In this document: positions 58,226 to 64,000 of the stretch, one piece after another
Layout of the letters: each line of letters begins with the position of its first letter
How positions within the stretch are numbered: the stretch's first letter is position 1
Origin: an uncultured virus (IMG/VR IMGVR_UViG_3300030518_000008)
Lineage: Duplodnaviria; Heunggongvirae; Uroviricota; Caudoviricetes
Length of the DNA stretch: 64,000 nt
Strand: one strand, 5' to 3'
IMG/VR virus record: IMGVR_UViG_3300030518_000008
Position numbers and translations under genes: made by a program
Notes under the pieces: model-generated
What the model was told of the DNA's origin: nothing
Database searches by the model: none
Seen by the model: only the letters and a program-made list of their open reading frames with translations

Positions 58226-58510
58226 TCAGTCCTCGATAAATTTGACATATGTTTTCTCCGCCGCTGCCGTTGTCGGGATGAATTCTATGCAATTGGTCAG
58301 AAACACCTGCGGTGTACGGTTCAACCGCCCGCCCTTGATGCCGTTCGTCGCCACGGCCGAGAGCGAAAGCCCCCCATTTTCCCAGCGCCACAGGCGCAGT
58401 GCATCCGTGAGGTGCGCTTCCATGCCGTCGGCGCTAACGAGCGTGCCAATGTGGACACCGGCCGAGTAGGTGCGGATCAGTACGCGTTGGCCGATAAGTG
58501 GATTTTCCAT
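58226..58510 (-). CDS. DUF6948-like small beta-barrel (Sm-like) protein
   Basis: IGQRVLIRTYSAGVHIGTL...LTDALRLWRW...SLSAVATNG...IEFIPTT; GGAGAG RBS. Confidence 0.75.
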   Translation of the reverse strand: MENPLIGQRVLIRTYSAGVHIGTLVSADGMEAHLTDALRLWRWENGGLSLSAVATNGIKGGRLNRTPQVFLTNCIEFIPTTAAAEKTYVKFIED

Positions 58511-58571
58511 GTATCTCTCCTGTTTCCCGACTGGTGTCGGTAGAGCCGGGCTAACCCGGACTCCATCGGCA

Positions 58572-59471
58572 TCAGGCCGCAACGGTGTCGCAGCGCTGAA
58601 TCAGCTCCTTTAGCGAGCAGCAGAACGTGCCGTTATCTTCTGGGCGCGGAAGTTCGCCCGGCCGCACGAAAGCCAGCGGCCTATGCGCGTGCGCGGCGTC
58701 AACGGGGAACAATCCAGCCAAAACCTTGGTCTGCGCACGGGCAATCCGCGCCTTGCGCGCCGCATTGAAACAGCCCGATGCGTTCCAGATATCGGGCTCA
58801 ACCTTTCCGTAGCTGCCGAAGCTTGTTCTGTCTGCGGTGCGAAACACCGCCCGTTTATTGGTTTCCAGAAAACGAGCCAGCGATTCATGGCTATCAAAGC
58901 GATACCAGGAATCCGATTTGATGTGCTCAACATAGCCAAAGCCATCAATGCCGAAATGGACATCGTAAGCCCCGCCCTCGACATTCACCCACGGCCCGGT
59001 CCAACGGTCACGCTGCATGATCCCCATCGGGATATCCAAAACGTTCGCCTTGCGCGGAACGGCTTGCCGGGCTGCATTCAATCCATCAACGAAGTCTGAT
59101 CCGTCACCATCGGACGAAACACTGTGCGTTTCGGTCACGCTGGCAAGGTAGCAAAGGCATGCCGTTGCCGCGACATCGTACGGCTTGCACGCTGTTTTGC
59201 AGGAATCGTAGCCGGCCTCTCCGCCCGCCCATGACTTCACACGCTTGCGCGTGATGGTGAACGTCGCGTGCGAATCGTCCCCACTGCCGTTGAAAGCGAT
59301 TTCATCGGCGCCGAAAGAAGGCCGGGTGCGCCGCTCCCCCCTGCCATCAGCAAGCGGAATGCCTAGTTCGTTTTCGACGTATGACAGTATAGCGCCAATG
59401 TCTTCTGACAATTCCATCCATTCGTCTTGTGTAAAGGCGCGGGTTTGCGCCCAGTAATGTGTATAGCCCAT
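58572..59471 (-). CDS. Hypothetical protein (MGYTHYW type)
   Basis: MGYTHYW, IAFNG, CKTACKPYD, VSSDGD; AGAGG RBS. Confidence 0.75.
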   Translation of the reverse strand: MGYTHYWAQTRAFTQDEWMELSEDIGAILSYVENELGIPLADGRGERRTRPSFGADEIAFNGSGDDSHATFTITRKRVKSWAGGEAGYDSCKTACKPYDVAATACLCYLASVTETHSVSSDGDGSDFVDGLNAARQAVPRKANVLDIPMGIMQRDRWTGPWVNVEGGAYDVHFGIDGFGYVEHIKSDSWYRFDSHESLARFLETNKRAVFRTADRTSFGSYGKVEPDIWNASGCFNAARKARIARAQTKVLAGLFPVDAAHAHRPLAFVRPGELPRPEDNGTFCCSLKELIQRCDTVAA

Positions 59472-59566
59472 GGCTTTGTCCCTCTTTTTTGTTCAGTCTC
59501 AGAATGCTGCGTGGAGCACCTCCAGCAGCGCCAGCATGATCAACATCCATTCCAGGTGATCGCGCG

Positions 59567-59785
59567 TCATTCCACGCGCCAACTCAGCGTTGGCGCATCT
59601 TCGCTCTCAACCTCAAAATACGTCGGTCCCTCCCAATCGCCGCACCTGGCTTCCCATTCCAAGTCGGTGCCCAGCGCCATTTCGGCAACGATCTCCGGGT
59701 CGGCATCGTCATCGGCGTCAATCTCGACGCTCGCCCGCTCGTAGCGGGTGATCGCGTTGGTAATGGTTACTTTGTATTTGGTCAT
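59567..59785 (-). CDS. Small acidic early protein
   Basis: ORF in the leftward early cluster. Confidence 0.55.
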   Translation of the reverse strand: MTKYKVTITNAITRYERASVEIDADDDADPEIVAEMALGTDLEWEARCGDWEGPTYFEVESEDAPTLSWRVE

Positions 59786-59853
59786 TTATTTCCCCATTGC
59801 TTCGTGTATTGAAGTAGCGGCAAGTAAAGCCAGCATGAAGAATACGAACGGTA

Positions 59854-60174
59854 TCATGGTGTTTCCCTCGTTGGTGTCAGGCGGCGCCGAAGCGCCGCCG
59901 GTTGCGTCAGTGCAGAAGGTCGGCCAGTCCAAGACGTTCGAATTCCGCCCTGAGTTCCTTCATCGTATGCGCGTACCAGCAGGCGGCATTGAGCGCGGAT
60001 CGTTTCTGCTTTCTGCGCATGTCCAGCCGCGATGCTCTCGACGGCATCCCGAAGCATCCCAGCATGTTCCTCAATGGCTAGTAGCCGCTGCATTTCTGAG
60101 GTCTTCCGCTGGCGCCGCCTAGCCTGTCGTTCGGCATCTGTGAGGGGCCTAAGCCCCTCGGTTTTGCGAGGCAT
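59854..60174 (-). CDS. Hypothetical protein
   Basis: PLTDAERQARRRQRK; TAATG-coupled. Confidence 0.55.
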   Translation of the reverse strand: MPRKTEGLRPLTDAERQARRRQRKTSEMQRLLAIEEHAGMLRDAVESIAAGHAQKAETIRAQCRLLVRAYDEGTQGGIRTSWTGRPSALTQPAALRRRLTPTRETP

Positions 60175-60380
60175 TAGCGGTCGAGGTAATGCGCGGGGAA
60201 CGGGTGAGCCGACATGCAGTAGCCGTGCTCCCTAATAATCCGACCCCAAGCGCATGCCTCTTCGCGGATGGTGGTGAAAATCGTTTGCATCAGCTTACCG
60301 CTCTTGTCTGTGTAGGTAACTGCAAAAACTTCCTTGCCAGAGTGGCGGTCGGTCTTACTGATCAGGGCTGCGTTGGTCAT
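60174..60380 (-). CDS. Small early protein
   Basis: GGAG RBS. Confidence 0.55.
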   Translation of the reverse strand: MTNAALISKTDRHSGKEVFAVTYTDKSGKLMQTIFTTIREEACAWGRIIREHGYCMSAHPFPAHYLDR

Positions 60381-60410
60381 CGTCTTGTCTCCGTTAAGGG
60401 TTCGGCCGAG

Positions 60411-60674
60411 TTACCATCGGGGAGCATCCATCAGGACCGGTACGCCACGATGTACAAGAAGTTGCACGCTGTCGGCGTCCCGAATTGAATGCTTTGTCTG
60501 ACACTGGTATTTCGCTGCAATATGAATTGCCTCGCGCTCACTATCTGCCGTCACGCAATAGCCTCTTCCCGTTCCAAAACGTCGCCCCGCTTCTTCAGAC
60601 TTGAGCGTCGTGCGCTCTGCCGTCATGTCATTCATTTTGACGTTGAACAGCGGCTTAACGAACGTCCGGCCCAT
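60411..60674 (-). CDS. Small early protein
   Basis: GGAGG RBS before MGRTFVK. Confidence 0.5.
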   Translation of the reverse strand: MGRTFVKPLFNVKMNDMTAERTTLKSEEAGRRFGTGRGYCVTADSEREAIHIAAKYQCQTKHSIRDADSVQLLVHRGVPVLMDAPRW

Positions 60675-60675
60675 C

Positions 60676-60882
60676 TCAGCCTCCAACCTGGAAGCAGTAG
60701 ATGGTGCAGAAGGTGAGGTGGTGCGGAACGGTCAAACCGTGCGCCCACAGAACGGTCAGCAGGGCGTTCGCTTCGTCGTCGCTGCCCAGGTTATCGATGA
60801 TGCCTTGCAGGCTCTTGGCGGGCTTGCTGATGGCGGTAGCAACCCGCTTGTCCATGCGGGCGATGAGCTTGGCTTGTGTCAT
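60676..60882 (-). CDS. Small early protein
   Basis: GAGGAG RBS; first gene of the leftward cluster. Confidence 0.6.
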   Translation of the reverse strand: MTQAKLIARMDKRVATAISKPAKSLQGIIDNLGSDDEANALLTVLWAHGLTVPHHLTFCTIYCFQVGG

Positions 60883-61693
60883 TGGTGTTCTCCTCTCAGG
60901 CGTTGAAGGAGAGGCACCGTTGGTGCCGCTCCCTAAGCGTCCGTAGTCTGTCCTGTCATCCCCTCACTGAGGGGCGTTTGAGCACCGGCTTGACGGTCTG
61001 CTTGGCGGTCTGGGCTGGCCCGGTAGAGCGGTGTGTCGCTCTGATAAAGCTAACATAGTCCGCTTGTCGGGATTGTGCAAGCGCTTTCTCCAAGCACGGC
61101 AATGACGAAAGCGTGAGCACGATTTAGCGTTGTCAGTAGCTGCGCAGGTGGTCGTACATCCATCGTAACGATGCTTTCTGCAACATGTGATCAAAAAAAC
61201 CCAGGACTAAGGCCGCTTTCAAAACGTGATTTGACACGTTAAAAACCGTTTGCTATACGCGCGGATACAAACTCCGTCGGTTCTACCAGTCTTTCTTTCT
61301 TACTTTCTTTCTTGTTTGTTGAAACAGATGCGAGCGGACCGCCACAAGGCGGGTAGCGCTCTGGCAGGTGGGGCACGAGAGAAACCGAGCCTGAACCATC
61401 CCTGGCCCGACTCTCAAAGCCAGCACCAGCAATTCCGGAGGGACTCGGATGGTCTTTCCCTCTTGACCCATAAGCAGGCTAGCGTGCCATGCCGGTTCCG
61501 CTGGAGCTCCACCGGCAATCCACGACCGAACGGTCCTGAGCAAGAGTTCTGCACACGGTTTCAACACCAAAGCGTGGACAGAAGTGGGCATGACCCATTA
61601 GAGTGCAGGAGGCAACAGTCTCAACGAGTGTGTACCAAGGCATGGGAATAAAGATGACGCCAGCACCAGCAATTCCTGCGCGCGCGAGGAACA

Positions 61694-62068
61694 ATGCCAA
61701 AGCTGCCTGAGGTCGGGGCGACATACAAAAGGTTCGGATCGGATGTGCCTTATGTCTGTGTCAGGCGCGAATGGTATCAGCGCAAGGATGGCAAGAGCGT
61801 CGAAGTGCCGGTCTGGACGGCAGCTTGCAGGCAGTGTCAGGTGCAGTTTGAGCAGCGAAACTGGAACCCCGACACACAGCGATGCAGAACCTGCATAGGA
61901 CCGTTCCAGATGCCTGGAAGGCCACCAACATATAGGCCGGGTATGCAGCCGAAAGCGCCGGATATGATAGATTCTAGCCACAAAACGTCAGAGAAGCTTG
62001 CCAATTCGTACTGGAAGAACGGCACCAGCCAGTTGAAACCCCCCTCCAGCGGGTATATCACCGACTGA
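61694..62068 (+). CDS. Zn-binding hypothetical protein
   Basis: GAGGA RBS; CRQC...CRTC. Confidence 0.6.
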   Translation: MPKLPEVGATYKRFGSDVPYVCVRREWYQRKDGKSVEVPVWTAACRQCQVQFEQRNWNPDTQRCRTCIGPFQMPGRPPTYRPGMQPKAPDMIDSSHKTSEKLANSYWKNGTSQLKPPSSGYITD

Positions 62069-62106
62069 GTGGTACCCGCGCGAGGCCTGAGTGGTACCCG
62101 TGCGAG
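62065..62106 (+). repeat. Two 20-bp direct repeats (22-bp period)
   Basis: CTGAGTGGTACCCG(C/T)GCGAG twice. Confidence 0.85.
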
Positions 62107-62159
62107 TGTGCAGTGAGGCTAACGCTAGCAGCTAAGCTGTTGACATTGCACGATAGCTG

Positions 62160-62187
62160 ACTTAACATAATCACCATTATACGGTCT
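62160..62187 (-). other. dif-like XerC/XerD recombination site
   Basis: Minus strand AGACCGTATAA-TGGTGA-TTATGTTAAGT vs E. coli dif GGTGCGCATAA-TGTATA-TTATGTTAAAT; intergenic. Confidence 0.75.
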
Positions 62188-62400
62188 TTACAGATACACT
62201 AGGCGCCAGTGACGCCGTCTTGTGGCAGTCTCGGTGCCAGGGTGGTGGCCCCCCCTCCCTCGCCCCTCCCTCGCCCCGCCAGCGGTTTCCGCAGCGGTTC
62301 CGACCCTTTGGGACGTTGACTGGCGAGGGAAAAGGTCCCCACCCCATCTCTCCGTTTATTTTTTTCTGTATGGATTGTGCAAACCCGGTATTCTGGCCTC

Positions 62401-62874
62401 ATGAGCAGGACATCGGATTTGTCAAATGATGAAGGCGCGCCTCGGTTTTCACCTGTCCAGCAGGCGCGTTTGCAGTGCGCCCGTCTTGGCATTCCCTTGG
62501 GGCGGTACAGGCAGTGGCGGGCGGAGCGCGCCAGCGCGCAGCGTCGTGGTCTGGCGTGGGATCTGGGGCTGCCTGAGTGGCATGCGCAGGCGCTGGAGGG
62601 GGTGGTTGTTGAGGTTGACCCGATCGATGCGGCTATTCGCCGTGCTGGGGTGATCAGGCGCAGCGCTACGCTGGCTGTGGCGGGGCGTGGCTTGGGGGAT
62701 CATCTGCGGGTGAAGGGTGCGGCGCATCCGCGCTCACGCGCGGTGCTCACGCCTGAGGGGCGGTTTGCCTCGCTCACGCTTGCGGCCGAGGCGTTCGGGG
62801 TTAGCAGGCAGGCGGTGTGTCAGTGGCTGCGGGAGGGCCGGGCCGGGTGGAGGTATGATGGGGCATCAGAGTAA
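62401..62874 (+). CDS. Protein with homing-endonuclease-type HTH DNA-binding domain
   Basis: TPEGRFASLTLAAEAFGVSRQAVCQWL. Confidence 0.55.
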   Translation: MSRTSDLSNDEGAPRFSPVQQARLQCARLGIPLGRYRQWRAERASAQRRGLAWDLGLPEWHAQALEGVVVEVDPIDAAIRRAGVIRRSATLAVAGRGLGDHLRVKGAAHPRSRAVLTPEGRFASLTLAAEAFGVSRQAVCQWLREGRAGWRYDGASE

Positions 62875-63145
62875 TGCGATCTGGGTTGAACTGGACGGTG
62901 TGCGCCGGCGGCTGGTTGATCTGTGCCGGGAGTTCTCGGTTGACCCGAATATTGCCCGCAGTCGTCTCAGGTGCGGCTGGCGGCTGGAGGATGTGCTGAG
63001 CAAGCCGGTGGCTAAGCGCGGGGCGAAGATGGCTTACGTGCGTGAGCTGCTGGCATCGGGCCAGCCGGTTCAGCGGGTGATTGAACGGGGGTTCAGCCAT
63101 ACGCTGGTGTATCAGGCGTGGCTGGACATGCGGAAAGGACGCTGA
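62855..63145 (+). CDS. Small DNA-binding protein resembling an HNH endonuclease C-terminal domain
   Basis: ELDGVRRRLVDLCREF...ARSRLRCGWRLEDVL; GGAGG RBS. Confidence 0.6.
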   Translation: MMGHQSNAIWVELDGVRRRLVDLCREFSVDPNIARSRLRCGWRLEDVLSKPVAKRGAKMAYVRELLASGQPVQRVIERGFSHTLVYQAWLDMRKGR

Positions 63146-63360
63146 TGCCGTACAAGCCCACAGGCAAGCCTGTCGGACGGCCACTGTCGAAGCCGCGGAT
63201 GGCAGCAAGAAAGCTGCTCATGAAGGGGGCGGGTGCGGCCGAGTGCATTGCCGCCGGCGTTCCGGAGTACGCGGTTTATCGTGAGTTGAAGGCAATGAGG
63301 AAGCGTCAGGCCGTGAAGGATTGTGCCGTGTTCGTGAACAAGGGGACAATTGTTCCGTAG
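63145..63360 (+). CDS. Small basic HTH-like protein
   Basis: MPYKPTGKPVGRP; TGATG-coupled. Confidence 0.55.
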   Translation: MPYKPTGKPVGRPLSKPRMAARKLLMKGAGAAECIAAGVPEYAVYRELKAMRKRQAVKDCAVFVNKGTIVP

Positions 63361-63413
63361 GCCACCCGCCACCTATGTTGGCTGATAACAAACACGTCAA
63401 CAGAGGGTAGCCG

Positions 63414-63638
63414 ATGCCGTTCAGTGGAACGACTGCACAAGACTACATCAACCACGTAGTCGAGGAAACCGCCAGTGCATTGCTGCACGAATGCGATACG
63501 GACCTCGCCCTTGTTGTGCTCAAGTCGATTGTGGTCAACGTCATTCGCAATGCGCAATACGATCCCGGCAGGCGGGATGCGGTGGTAGGGCGCTTCGCTG
63601 ACGCGCTGTTCGAAGCTTTTCTGGAGGGTGAGCCGTGA
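63414..63638 (+). CDS. Hypothetical protein
   Basis: GAGG RBS. Confidence 0.55.
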   Translation: MPFSGTTAQDYINHVVEETASALLHECDTDLALVVLKSIVVNVIRNAQYDPGRRDAVVGRFADALFEAFLEGEP

Positions 63639-63883
63639 CGGACGAAACCGAACATTCCGAAGGTGCTCTGAATGGGTATGCCCTTGAGTTGGCACTGCAC
63701 GTCCTGACGGATTTCACCGATCCAGCGGAGCAGATGATGATTGTGGAGGTGGCTGTCTGCAATGTCATCCTCAACCTCTCAGTGCCGGATTGCCGCAAGA
63801 TGGACGTGATTGAAATGCTGGCTGCCAAATGCCGCCCGCTGCTGCGCAACGCCCTGGCGGCCAAGGCGAAGGAGATGAACTGA
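63635..63883 (+). CDS. Hypothetical protein
   Basis: GTGA-coupled; its 3' end also appears at 1-50. Confidence 0.6.
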   Translation: MTDETEHSEGALNGYALELALHVLTDFTDPAEQMMIVEVAVCNVILNLSVPDCRKMDVIEMLAAKCRPLLRNALAAKAKEMN

Positions 63884-64000
63884 TGAAGTGGCAAAAGCAC
63901 GAGACTGTTGCCGGTCACCAGTTCTATCCCAACGGGGTTTGCGCCTGCGGCCGGCGCTGGGTGGACATACGCAATGCCGGTACGGAAGACTTGTTTTCCT
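63834..64000. repeat. Terminal direct repeat / circular overlap (copy 2)
   Basis: Matches 1-167 with one mismatch. Confidence 0.97.

Noticed and set aside
57688..58239. Plus-strand Ala/Val-rich ORF
   Set aside because: Antisense shadow of the GGY-NNN array within a minus-strand gene cluster
61250..61651. ORFs on both strands as a replication initiator
   Set aside because: No recognisable motif or RBS; the region looks non-coding

Overview
The window is one apparently complete, circular or terminally redundant tailed-phage genome of about 63.8 kb: bases 1-167 recur at 63834-64000 with one mismatch. It is GC-rich and podovirus-like (portal, capsid, adaptor, nozzle, GNAT, three ejection-type proteins; no recognisable tail tube or tape measure). 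The host is probably alphaproteobacterial. It encodes an intein-containing large terminase, many tail-fibre and glycan-hydrolase-like proteins (most with signal peptides), ERF, Gp157-like, RusA-like, GcrA-like and DnaB proteins, and a dif-like site, but no clear integrase. The top candidate system is a 1.54 kb minus-strand cassette inserted at the portal start and bounded by an exact 89-bp direct repeat. It holds a stand-alone Cas7/RAMP-like gene, a translationally coupled partner gene, and directly downstream an array of 36 invariant GGC triplets separated by variable 2-nt (sometimes 1-nt) spacers. This looks like an RNA-guided system with a non-contiguous guide code (VIPR-like) and no CRISPR array. 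Also notable: a DUF6948-like gene followed by a GGY-NNN hexamer array, a tRNA-shaped RNA lacking an anticodon loop, and a 12-aa basic micropeptide. Family calls come from motif recognition by eye; no searches were run.
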